64,000 nucleotides of DNA from Nitrosopumilaceae archaeon (GTDB lineage Archaea > Thermoproteota > Nitrososphaeria > Nitrososphaerales > Nitrosopumilaceae), in contig OZ242365.1 of assembly GCA_965208905.1 (NCBI GenBank), positions 1,504,001 through 1,568,000 on the forward strand. The letters are read 5' to 3'. Shown one piece after another: positions 21,651-36,360 of the stretch; the stretch's first letter is position 1; each line of letters begins with the position of its first letter. Below the pieces are notes generated by a model, which was not told the origin of the DNA, did no database searches, and was given only the letters and a program-made list of their open reading frames with translations. Position numbers and translations under genes: made by a program.

Positions 21651-22237
21651 CACAACTTGGCAGCATTGGGTGGTCCCGGCCCGTTCTGGCCGGCACCGCC
21701 CACCCCGGTACAGCCCATCGGCTCACCGCCGACGGAATTCTGGCGTTCCGGTTTGTGCGCCCCCGACAGATGCCATTCGGCATCTGCACTACGGCCCTCT
21801 AACAGCCGCATGATGTTAAGGAGTGTAATTCTCCGACCATGCGTGAGTGTACGGTCGGCGGCCGCCTTTTTCAGCAGCCGTATTATGTGATATAGTGTGG
21901 GGTCTGGTGACCCAAGTGGTGTATGACACATTAGGGCCAATATGGTACGAAATAGTATGTTGGCACCCGCGTTGGCATCCCGTTCCCTAATTGTACGACA
22001 TGTATAGCACCACATGTCGCGGGTCGGTATTTTACCGGTATTTGTCCCGATATGTTTTAGACTGCCGCCACACTTGAGACATTTCGCGGATGTATTTCGC
22101 GGTTCGATGCCTATATGCGGCAGACCCTCGGACTCGGCTGCATTTTTGAGTGCGTTCTGTCTTTGGCCTGTATTCAGTGTGGATTTTGTTTTGCCACGGA
22201 TAAATGGTGATATTGTATAGTTTTTGGTGTACAGTCG
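21638..22237 (-). pseudogene. tnpB: 3' part of a TnpB-like RNA-guided nuclease gene, 5' end removed at the IS3 junction
   Basis: IEPRNTSAKCLKCG...WCYTC...RERDANAGANIL (Zn finger plus RuvC-III). The stop codon lies inside the TIR at 21632-21650. Confidence 0.8.
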
Positions 22238-23484
22238 TGGTGGGGACCCCGCTAGAATGAGAACACTCACGTTCATACAGCTTAAAGTCGTAATGGGAGG
22301 GATGATGCCATGGTAAGAACAAAGTTTACTCCAGACCAAAAGATCCAGATCGTTTTGGAATCAATCAAGACCAATATTGGCACGGCCGAGCTGTGCCGCA
22401 AGCACAACGTTCATCCCCAAACGTTTCAAGCCTGGCGGCAAAAGTTCATGGACGCAGGCAAGTCCGGACTGACCCATCACGGAAAGAAGGATCCGATAAA
22501 GGCCATCAAAAAGGAGAACGGCGACCTAAAGCGAATCATAGGGGATCTGACAATCGCAAACGACGCTTTAAAAAAAACCTTGGAGGCAAGCAACGATTGA
22601 ACGCGGTAAAAATCATGCAGGAACAACATTTGAGCCTGCGCAAGTCGCTAGGGTATGCGGGCGTATCCAGGCGCCAATGGTACTACAAACCCAAGCCCAG
22701 AGACATGGGATTGAATCCGGATATATTGAGCACTGTGCTAGATACGAGCAGAAAGAGGCCCACGTACGGCACACGGCGCATGGCGGCCCAGATAACGCGC
22801 GATACGGGAATTGTGGTGAACCGCAAGCAGATACAGCGGATATATCGCAAAATGGGCTACATCCAGCCACAAAATACCAAAAACGACATCATTCGAGCGG
22901 GTCAAAAGCTCTTCAAACCCAAAGCCCCACACCAGTTGTGGGAGACGGACATCACATACATCTGGTGCGGTATAGACGGCTGGTGCTACTGCTTCAACGT
23001 AATTGACTGCTTTACGCGCAAGTGGATCGCCTACGCGTTTGATGTCAATGCCACACGAGACATTGCAATCACCTCAATCACCAACGCGGTTGCCGCAGAG
23101 AAACCTGACTGCTCACAATTACGATTGCGTACGGACAACGGCAACCAGTATACGAGCCGCGACTTTAGACATGCGGTTCAGGCCCTTGGCATCGGCAAAC
23201 ATGAATTCATCTACAAGAATACGCCGGAGCAGAACGGACATGTCGAATCATTTCACAAGACGCTGAAAAAGGAATACATCTGGCCGCACGAGTTTGCGAA
23301 CTATCAGGAGGCAGAGACGATCATTGCAAAGGCCTTTGTAGATTACAACACCGAGAGGATTCATTCCTCTATCGGATACATGACACCAGTAGAATTTGCC
23401 GAACAGTTGGAGATGACAAATAAATGATGGAAGATGTATGTAAAATCATGCCGAAAACAGTAACATTCTATGGGGTCCACTCCA
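22238..23484 (+). mobile_element. IS3-family element, apparently intact (OrfA 22310-22600; OrfB to 23427 via -1 frameshift)
   Basis: TG...CA ends with imperfect IRs (TGGTGGGGACCCCGCTAGAATG / CATTCTATGGGGTCCACTCCA); A-run at ~22570; integrase-core motifs WETDITY, RTDNG, NGHVESF. Confidence 0.93.
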
Positions 23485-23655
23485 GTATAGGTTGAATCAA
23501 CCATATACTAACAACACCAACAACTAAAATTGTAACAGATGCCAAAGCTATAATGGATACCTTATTCATGATAAATAACAATCAATCATGTATAAAATGA
23601 TTGTGAGCCTGAGGAATGTCAAAAAGTTGTGTAATGTGTTGTATTATCAAATTTC

Positions 23656-23868
23656 CTATATAATGGACATATTATGAGATTGGTTTGTCATTGTTTCATT
23701 CTGGAATAGATGAGAAAAGATGCATATGAATGACAGTATATTCTCCTGTTGCTCAACCCATCTTGGATCTTCTGATTTAGGTAGGTTAGATAGGTATTCA
23801 CATAATGATATTGATAGACCTCCCAATACTACGACGGCCAGTAAACCAACTATTACTTTATATCTCAT
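23656..23868 (-). CDS. Small membrane-anchored hypothetical protein
   Basis: N-terminal hydrophobic helix VIVGLLAVVVLGGLSI. Confidence 0.4.
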   Translation of the reverse strand: MRYKVIVGLLAVVVLGGLSISLCEYLSNLPKSEDPRWVEQQENILSFICIFSHLFQNETMTNQSHNMSII

Positions 23869-24166
23869 AATTGCCCCCTTTATTCTGTCGTATTCTGTAC
23901 TTGCATTCCTGATGCCAGTAATATTTTAAAAAAGCATCTGCTATGGTCTCATAAGATATGGTACGGGAAGGCTTGTTTTGTGCCGCATGCTCAATCAGAA
24001 ATCTGGCCAGAGCCAATTTGTAGGTGTTATCTTTTCGCCCCTTTGTTATTATATGCTGAAAGTACGTAGATATTTCAGATTTAGATGGATCACCACTTGT
24101 GTATTCGTTCCAGTTATTCGTATATCTCTTTGAACTACCCGATGCACTCATTTCATCACGCCCCAC
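23858..24166 (-). pseudogene. N-terminal fragment of an HNH-endonuclease-type restriction protein
   Basis: KDNTYKLALARFL...IADAFLKYYW resembles the N-terminus of HNH restriction-like proteins; no HNH domain follows. Confidence 0.55.
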
Positions 24167-25318
24167 AACGACACAAGACGTAATCTAACTATATAAATAA
24201 AAAGTCACTGCTGCATATCACATCTAAAACATTTATGCAGTCCGCAAAAGCCAACACGGCATATGCATCCATATTTCATGTCACATATGCAATGCTGTCC
24301 ACACACCTGTCTGTATCAATGGCTGGCTAAACATTAGTGCACACAAAGTACCATACTACTCCAGAATGTATAATCGACATGTAACATTAACCGTATATGC
24401 CCAACTCAGATTTTTTGGGCACAACAGACAGGTAAGGGGGGCGAGACTTTCCAAAAACAGTAATTTTTGCTAGTTTATTATTATATGTTTGATATGATAT
24501 AACATATTTGCTAATATATTAATATCATTATTTGTTCTTAAATATATTCATAATAAGTAAATTTTATTTTAATAATCATATGTGTTTTAAAATTATACAG
24601 AAAATATATCATAGCTTCTAAAATAATGAATTTATTATGATATTTATCATAAATAACTAAATTTATTGTAACAGTATAACATGTATGAATCGACAAAAAA
24701 TCACAATACCATACAAGATACCGTTGATTGCATCATATGTATGTGGCACATATACCTAAAATGTAGCCAAAGTCACACTTTACAGCCAGACCTACATCTT
24801 TTGACGATATAACATATATTCCATTATGATATATCTATCCATTTAACTCTAGCAATTTGTCAAGTATGTTCAACTCCTGCCAAAGTGTCTCGTCCCCAAT
24901 GGATGTTGCCTCTGCATCAAAATAATCCCGGAATGCAGATATCAAAAGTGGATACGTGCCAGACACCTGTAGCGGCAAAGATGTTCTTTCCCACGTGCCC
25001 AGATTCCAATGTGAATATTCTGGAACAAAAACTCCATACTACTGTGAAGATAATTCACAAACATAGATAGAAGATAACCTATTAGAACATAAAGCGGTTC
25101 AAGAAACTATCAAAGTCATAGTAGCGATTGTAGCAGACAAACCAGATACTGTAGTTGCGGCCAGAGATATGATAACAGACATACAAAATGAGGTATTCGC
25201 AGAAATGGTTAGAAATGGAAGTGCGACCATAAACTGTAACGAACCTGATGCAAGTGAAACAGTAAAAGACGTGTGCAGTAGGCTAGATGAAAAGTAATTA
25301 GATTATTACAAAGTTAAT

Positions 25319-25789
25319 TTAATCAACCAATTCAAGATAGAGTGCGTCAATCTCAGGACTAATATTTTGGGCTCCAAGTACGGTTGTAGATTCGTGAAGT
25401 CCAGTAACAGTACCATATATGTCGACTATGTCATCTTCAAGTATGCGAGGTCCACTGTAATGAACAGCTAACCGATCTAGACTCCACTCTTCACTTTCTG
25501 GGGCTACAACGAGTAGATATGTCTCATCAAACCTATGAATCACCTGAACAACTTCCCCACGATAAAACACAATATCTCCAACATAGTCCTCATTATGTCG
25601 TAATAAGGTATCATATTCCAAACCATACAACGCAGCCAGTTTAACTTCATTAAGGCTCATGGTAGGTGTTTGAAGTTCTTCCTGTTGCTGGTCTTGCATA
25701 CTGGAGATCGATACACCAACCACTATGAGTAGGATAAACAGTGACAAAATAACTAATCCACCTATACCTAGTTTACGCTTCCATCCCAT
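25319..25789 (-). CDS. Membrane-anchored protein with OB-fold-like extracellular domain
   Basis: N-terminal TM helix; GDIVFYRGEVVQV...ILEDDIVDIYGTVTG pattern. Confidence 0.7.
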   Translation of the reverse strand: MGWKRKLGIGGLVILSLFILLIVVGVSISSMQDQQQEELQTPTMSLNEVKLAALYGLEYDTLLRHNEDYVGDIVFYRGEVVQVIHRFDETYLLVVAPESEEWSLDRLAVHYSGPRILEDDIVDIYGTVTGLHESTTVLGAQNISPEIDALYLELVD

Positions 25790-25987
25790 TAGCCACTAAG
25801 ACCTTTCTGATTATATAAGTCAAACAACCTCAAATTTAAATTTTTAAAAACAGTGGTTATACTTATAATATCATTAAGTATGTAGTTCTCGCTAAAATAT
25901 AATTAGGTGTATGTTTATAGTATTCTGTGGATACAGTACAAACAACTAAACCGCCTACCTGGTTTGAACTGTTAATAGAAAAGAAAA

Positions 25988-26275
25988 TCAAATCGGGCCA
26001 GGAGCATTCCTCATAGCTTGTGTATAGTCAACTCCCTCTTTAATTTCAAGATTACCCTCATTGAGACCAATTACGCATTGTGGACACATTCGTATATCAT
26101 ATGTTGCTTCACCATACTCAAATTTGGTAATATATACCGACCCAGGATGCTCAAAACATGATACGCTGATATGGTCATAACATGTAGCCACTGCCAAGTT
26201 AACTGTCTGTTGATTACAACTTGACATCACACATTTATTGATTATTTGTGCTGCTGATGTTTCAGATTTATTCAT
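25988..26275 (-). CDS. Small Cys-rich hypothetical protein
   Basis: 95-aa ORF containing CPQC; AT-rich TATA-like sequence upstream. Confidence 0.45.
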   Translation of the reverse strand: MNKSETSAAQIINKCVMSSCNQQTVNLAVATCYDHISVSCFEHPGSVYITKFEYGEATYDIRMCPQCVIGLNEGNLEIKEGVDYTQAMRNAPGPI

Positions 26276-26688
26276 TGTACATCATCATCATACATAATCT
26301 ACATTATATACTGATTTATAGACTATACTCGAATGTGTAACACTATCTAATGAGATTGTTATAAAGTATATATTTCCCAAAATTATCATGTGTTTCAAAA
26401 ATACATAATATGTGCATCCGACGATGGGTGGTTTATTTTATGTATTTTGATATTGGACAAATTGCATATCGACGCTTTCACTACAAATGTCAGATATCAA
26501 TTTTAGTAGGAATTGCACATGTATTCAGACAAGCTGACTCTGTCACATACAACAAATGTACTGGTGTTACGTTTTAGCACACATTGTTTTTAGTATTTTT
26601 TTACCACACGCATGATGTCAAAATAGGTGGTCGGCCACATAGACTATAACTGCAAAAACACTGTGCATGCATAACAGTCGTAAATTAT

Positions 26689-26720
26689 TGATATTTCTAA
26701 ATTCGAATTTAGAAATATCA
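26689..26720. repeat. Perfect 32-bp palindrome TGATATTTCTAAATTCGAATTTAGAAATATCA
   Basis: Read directly; the core recurs at 38458-38479 and, with one mismatch, at ~39000-39021. Confidence 0.9.
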
Positions 26721-27514
26721 TAAAATAAGCACTACAAAGCATGACATGCGTGGGCAGCTGGCAAGCTGTTACGAATTTCAAGAGGCATGCGTCTTGTGAT
26801 ATGTCTCTAAATTCAGATATGATAACATGCATGATAACATAAAAAAAAATAAAAAATGAATGATTAAAGGAATGGTCCAATGTTTGCTGTCAGACTTATC
26901 ATAATGGTTATGAATATGGCACCCCAAACACGGCCAGCAACCATATAGATATTACTAAATGACAGAACCGATAAATTATAGACACATCCTAAAACTAGAC
27001 GTCTTTGAGGGGTATGCCAGCCTGCATTTCCACATATGTTGGTGAACTGCCATTCAGATCGAGATGTCCTTTGTTGGTAAAGCAAACAAGCCCAACCTTT
27101 GGACAGTTGTTTTTCAGTTGTTAGAGTGAGCTCCGAACCTTTGTTTGATCAGACTGGTTATGTCAATATCAAATATTTCATCCAACACCCAAAATTAACA
27201 TCAACTAAAATATCAACAATTTAGAGACCTCATATAAGCATCCCAACTCAAGTTAACGACATTTATCGTTAATATTCCAAAACCACTGTAACCCATTAAC
27301 GTCTGTTTACACATAGTCTGTCATGAAGGAAGAGTTACAGTCTAAACTCCGCGCCAAACATGACCAACTTCGTCAGGCCGAGGCCAAGTTGGTTGTATTA
27401 CGGGACGAGGCCGCCAAGTCGATTGGTGCCGTTGAGGCGCAGGTACGTAAAGTCGAAGTAACATACACAGAAACAAGCGACATTGAAGACGAAATCGTGC
27501 ATTCTTCGTGACAG

Positions 27515-28050
27515 GTGGGTGAAATATTGTGCATTCGAAGGGCAAATATGACCCCAAAACCCCTACCTTTTTGGGTCAAAAGTACCCCATGTAATTACGC
27601 CTACATATGGCGCATATGTCGTGTTTGGTCTAAAAGTACCATACAAATAATGCCCAAGTTATACAGGGCAGTCTGAAAAACCAAAAGTCACACAAACATC
27701 ATCTTTTAACCCTTACTGGGGCGACAACATACACCATGTGGGTGAAATATTGTGCATTCGAAGGGCAAATATGACCCCAAAACCCCTACCTTTTTGGGTC
27801 AAAAGTACACCATGCAATTACGCCTACATATGGCGCATATGTCGTGTTTGGTCTAAAAGTACCATACAAATAATGCCCAAGTTATACAGGGCAGTCTGAA
27901 AAACCAAAAGTCACACAAACATCATCTTTTAACCCTTACTGGGGCGACAACATACACCATGTGGGTGAAATATTGTGCATTCGAAGGGCAAATGTGACCC
28001 CTAAACCCCTACCTTTTTGGGTCAAAAGTACACCATGCAATTACGCCTAC
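27515..28050. repeat. 223-bp tandem repeat, about 2.4 near-identical copies
   Basis: Unit start GTGGGTGAAATATTGTGCATTCGAAGGGC at 27515, 27738 and 27961. Confidence 0.95.
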
Positions 28051-28370
28051 AACATGTTGCACGTACACCAAAAAGTGCCATACACGACACATGTACCATT
28101 TCACGCCTAAAAGCTAAACCCCCCATATACAATGTGCTATTTACGCCTAAAGCCAGATGTAGTAAATTTATCGATTTTGAGGGGGGTTTAGTGTTTACGC
28201 ATGATATAGGTAACCAATACTCAAAGCATGAAGATGTCATACCAAGATACATGGTCAAAATCTATTTCACGCCTAAAAGCTAAACCCCCACTCTTGTACG
28301 TATAGAAAGTATGGCTATATCACACACTAGTGTATATGATGTGAAATTATGCGGATTCCGAGTAAACATA

Positions 28371-31645
<3,275 letters not shown>

Positions 31646-31649
<4 letters not shown>

Positions 31650-34600
31650 TGTATCATCATACTGTACAATATACGGGGCCTACCAATCTCCCGGCGATAG
31701 CCGTATGGTTTCTTAAATATTGATTCAAGTTGTTCCAATATTGTACGATCATCCAGCCCATCTTTATTTATCCTCTTTCGAAGATGGCTAAGGCTCCTGT
31801 ATGGTTGCCTGTTTGTGACTATCATCTGCGTAATCTTTGGTATCAGCACCTTTGCACGCCTTCCAAGCAGGCGATCTTCTGCCATATCTCGTAGTTTTCG
31901 CTCAAAATATTTTTGAATCTTTGAGGTCTGTTTTCTTGCCTGCTCATCTTTTACATCACGGGTGAATGTTCGCCATGCGTAATTTAACATGTCGTCATAC
32001 GAGGAGTCGATCTGAATTTTATTCCTCTTGGAGTCATTGCCCAGATATTTGAGAAACAAAGATGCAGTCATCTTTGTGATATCACCATCCTCTACATTAT
32101 AGTATCTCCGGAATGTCTTTGTCTTTATAATATCATCATCTAGAATTATCTTTTCATCTGCTTCGCATGCAACAAGCAGTCTCCCAGAACCAGTGGCACT
32201 ACGTATGCCAAGCGGAAGGGACTCTATCTTTTCTTTTAGTTTGTCATCCCCCAGTATCTTTTCTGCGTCAAGCTCAGATGCCGTCTGGACTACATCTAGT
32301 ATTCCATCAGGGTCATCATCCAGCACACTGTCCTGACCGGAATAGATGTCTATTACGGCATCCTTGTCAATTTTTTCAGACTCCTCTAGTATTTTTTGGT
32401 CGTGTCCGATTATCTTGCGTATGGTCTCTATCTTTTTTGCCACCCTCTCTTTGAGTCCCAAGTGTTGTTCGATCTTGCTAGTAGGAAGAAAGTTTATGAC
32501 ATCTACGGTGTTGTGTTTGGAGCCAATTCTATCTATGCGGCCCACTCTTTGTATCAGCCTTACCGGATTCCAGTGAAAGTCATAGTTAATTACAACCCGA
32601 CCCGCCTGTAGATTGACACCCTCAGAGAGCACATCTGTACTTATCAGTATGTCAAGTTGGTCCTCTAGCGGGATGTTGGCATTGTTATTGATTGGATCAA
32701 ACCTACGGACTAGATCTCTCTTTGTACGGGCAGATTTTAGAGAATCAATCTGGCCTATTTTGGCGCTAGGCATGTTTTTCTCAAGGTAGTCATATACGTA
32801 TATGGCAGTCTTGAGGGATTCTGTAAACAATAGTATCTTTTGGTTACTGTACGATTCCAGTATGCCACGCAATGTATGGAGCTTGTCATCATACTTGTGG
32901 AATTTTTTCTCATTTGGTAGTAGTTTCAGCATGGATTCAAATATTGCTATGTCATCTTTAATGTCTGCCTTCCACCGGTCTACATCAAATGCCTCTATAT
33001 CATATGTGGACTGGCCCAATTCATCATCAATATCGGCATCGGACATTATGCTCTTGTATATGCTGTCCTGAGAGTCCTTGCCTATCGGCACTACACCATC
33101 TTTTAGATACTCTAGAAACTTGTCAGAACCTTTTGCATAGTTTTTAACACTAGAGTAGAATGCCGCAATGCTGGACTCCATCCTTTTTAGCAGCACAGTA
33201 CGGACTATACCGGTAAGTAAGTTCATTGAGGCTGCCAGGTCGTTGTATTTTTTGTGTTGGGGGATGTGTGGTGTCCTGATACTCTTCCCGGAGATAGTTG
33301 CCCGGAGTGTACCGTGCAAGCTTTAGTGAATCCACATACTCCTGTATACGCTCAAATGCATTCTGGTACACCATGTCAATGTCATATTCCTGTGGATTGT
33401 CCAGTTTTCTCTTTGGAAAGTACTTTCTTTCAGATTCTGATTCCAGATAGTACCTGTCGCCGTCTTTTTTGGCATAGTTGTCCTGAATATACTTTCTTGT
33501 ACGGCGGATGAGAACATGTCGAAGTAACTCCCTAATTTTCTCCTCACCCTCGGGAGTCAGCTGATGCTGCTGCTCTGCGCCCTTAAAGTACTCATCAAGA
33601 TTGGCGTTTCCCAAAGCAGGTATATTTAAGATCGTATCTGCAGGGAATAATTTCAACTGGTTTTTGAGATCATTAACACTATTGGATATGGGTGTTGCAG
33701 TCAGCATTATTATGTAAGAGTCATCTGGCTGCTGCTCCATAAAGCAGCACAGTGCATTATACGCATTGTTCTTGTTTCTAAAGTTGTGACTCTCATCCAC
33801 AAGTACGACGTCACAATTGGTGTACTGTCTCAGTAGGTTTTCATCCATCCCTATCTTGTATCTTGAGAGTACATCGGCATTGACACCAAACTCCTTCATG
33901 TAGTCCTTCCACATTCCTATTAGGTGTGGCGGGCATATGATGAGGGGTTTTGATCTGTTTTTCTCTTGCAGGTGTTTGAGCAGCATGCTGCCGATGTATG
34001 ATTTGCCGGTTCCCACGACATCTGCTATTATGACCCCACCATACTCATTTATCTTGTATATGGCATTTTTGACTGCCATCTTTTGAAAGTCAAATAGTTT
34101 TAGATGTTCTGACTCTTCTACCTCTATTTCATCAAGCGTACCATGCTCATGCAGTGCTGCCTTTTGATATACCTCTTGGGGCGTGCGGGGCTTTATCCAA
34201 GAATCATCCATCATGCGTGCCATCTCTTCTGTAAACTCTTCGGATTCATCCCAGTGGCGGTTAAACCATTCAAGTAACTTTTCAGAGTCATTATCAACGT
34301 TGGTGCGCAGGTTCAGTTCAGTATTCTCCCTTATACCGGATATCGAGAGGTTGCTTGAACCTACTATGGACATTCGAGGAAGTGATGGGTGGTCAAGCTC
34401 AAATATGTACGCCTTTGCATGTAGGCGCTCTTTGGCATATACCCGAATCTGCAGCTTTTTCTTGCGTACTAAATTGATCAGTTTTGTGACTGCCTCCTGA
34501 TCTTTTTGTGACTGCGGCATGTGTCCCAGCGAGTCACGCACCTGTTGTATTACAATCGCTCTACCATTTTTTATGCTTGATGATGCCTTGCGCTGCACAT

Positions 34601-34853
34601 ACTCAAGGGACTCGTTGGATGCAAGCAGTGCCTCGGCCGTAAGCTTGTTGGTGGTAGGCGATATGAGGAGGCGTATGACGTAATTCGGGTTGTTGCTAGA
34701 TTCAATCTTTAAAAAACTGTTCATTATCTCAGCAAACCCAGATATGAAGAAATATCCGACGGCAATGCTGGCTCTGGTTGTATTTGGAAGATGTAGTTTT
34801 AGCTGATCCAGAAGAACCACATTCTCATTATCTATTACACTCTCGTTTGACAA
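31646..34853 (-). pseudogene. PLD-domain/SNF2-type helicase split by a single frameshift at a 5-nt G run (33259-33263)
   Basis: PLD LHAKAYIF...GSSNLS; Walker A ADVVGTGKS; VDESH; TATP. Second ORF has SEGVNLQ and WNPVRLIQRVGRIDR. Removing one base gives continuous ...QDTTHPQHKKYNDL. Confidence 0.85.
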
Positions 34854-34957
34854 TGCTGTATGAGAAATATTTTTTTGGATTTATCTGTTACTTAATAAAG
34901 GTAGGGGATAAACCCCAAGATACTTGCGTCCATACAATAAAAACTAAAAACCCACAC

Positions 34958-36034
34958 GGCACTGGTAAGAAATACTGACCACGTCCCCATTTCTACTCCA
35001 GACCCACATTTCTAGTCTGGTGTTTTGACCTCTGTTTCCAATCTAGGTCAGCAATTATACAGTCTCGGCTAGGTCAGCAGGGTTATACAGTCTCGTTGAA
35101 ATATCTTGGTTCTACATGTCATACGGTAAACTATCTGAGACCATGAATGTACCTCATATGAGGACCAACTATCGTCACAGTATTCACGGGTTGGCATGCA
35201 ATAATACCATGATATCGTAAAGAATCGCATACTAGACAAGATTGCGAAGAGGTACCCCCATGTTGAGGGATGAATCTCACAGACAGAAGATCAAGTTGCC
35301 GCCGGATGTGACCTATTAATACATCTATAATTTTCCCGGAGGCCCCACTAACATTATCCGGGAGACCGCTAGGCCGATTCCTGCATGTTTTGAGTCCCAC
35401 ATACTGTGGGCGCATATCACTCAGCCCTTTAATTGTAGCGTGTATTATATGGTGGTATGAATGACCTGAACAATCTCCTTACAAAACAAAAGATAATGCG
35501 AAATGAGATAAAACGACTTAAAGAAGAGTATGGGAAACAACAAGATAAAACATATGGGGAGATTATGAGACTGCGAGATGTTGAAGCAAAGTTGAAAAAG
35601 TATTATGAGGCAGATGTTAAAATAGCAGATGAGATCTACAAACTAACCCATTGAGGCCAACTCTTTCCTCGTCTTTCTTATGTCAGCAATCAACTCGTCC
35701 TGCCACTCGCTGATTTCTTTAGGTGTCATGTGTATAATTGGTTGTTGTTGTTTATAAATTGTATTGGTGTGTGGGGAAGTAACAGGCGAGGGCGCTAGGC
35801 TAGCAGACGATCTACTAACCCATTACAACCAACCTGTTTCTAAATCTTTCAGATGAACTATTCCAAATATGGCGCCTGTTGTATAATGACACCTCATTGC
35901 TTAACATACCTCCATTTCCACTCCATTATATGGACCTCATTTCCAGTTCACGCATGGGGTGTGGTGTATCTACGTTTCCAGTCTAGGTCGGTTTTTTACC
36001 ACTCTTGTCTAGGTCAGCATTTCTTACCAGCTCC
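34958..36034. mobile_element. Non-autonomous TIR element (~1.08 kb) with 23-bp TIRs and an 8-bp target duplication
   Basis: GGCACTGGTAAGAAATACTGACC / GGTCAGCATTTCTTACCAGCTCC; flanks ACCCACAC / ACCTGCAC; uninterrupted paralogous site at 60243-60340. Confidence 0.85.
35457..35654 (+). CDS. Small coiled-coil hypothetical protein (cargo of the TIR element)
   Basis: 65-aa charged helical ORF preceded by TTTAA and GGTGG. Confidence 0.5.
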   Translation: MNDLNNLLTKQKIMRNEIKRLKEEYGKQQDKTYGEIMRLRDVEAKLKKYYEADVKIADEIYKLTH

Positions 36035-36360
36035 ACCTGCACTGTCGTAAATCTTTAACAAGTATGCCGGGTCGGTACGACAACATGAAATTAAAGGCTC
36101 AATTTAGCTTGTACATATGTTGAACTTTATCGTATGTTTGGGGCATCTTGTGACAACATTGTTTACGTATACGAGTTCACGATTGTAGTTAAAAAATTTA
36201 CAAAGTCACTAAAATACTGCATAATCTTTTACACCAATCTGACCTGATATTGACCATTAAGTTCGCATAGGCCAATCAATTGTAAACCCATTCATCATGC
36301 CATATTACTCTACAGAATCAAAATAGTACAGATAAACAAGTGTGGTACATTATTTTTCTA

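Noticed and set aside
24440-24700. Very AT-rich tract as a replication origin
   Set aside because: No ORB-like repeats and no adjacent cdc6/orc1 gene recognised.
27515-28050. Possible CRISPR array
   Set aside because: The whole 223-bp unit repeats, with no unique spacers and no cas genes.
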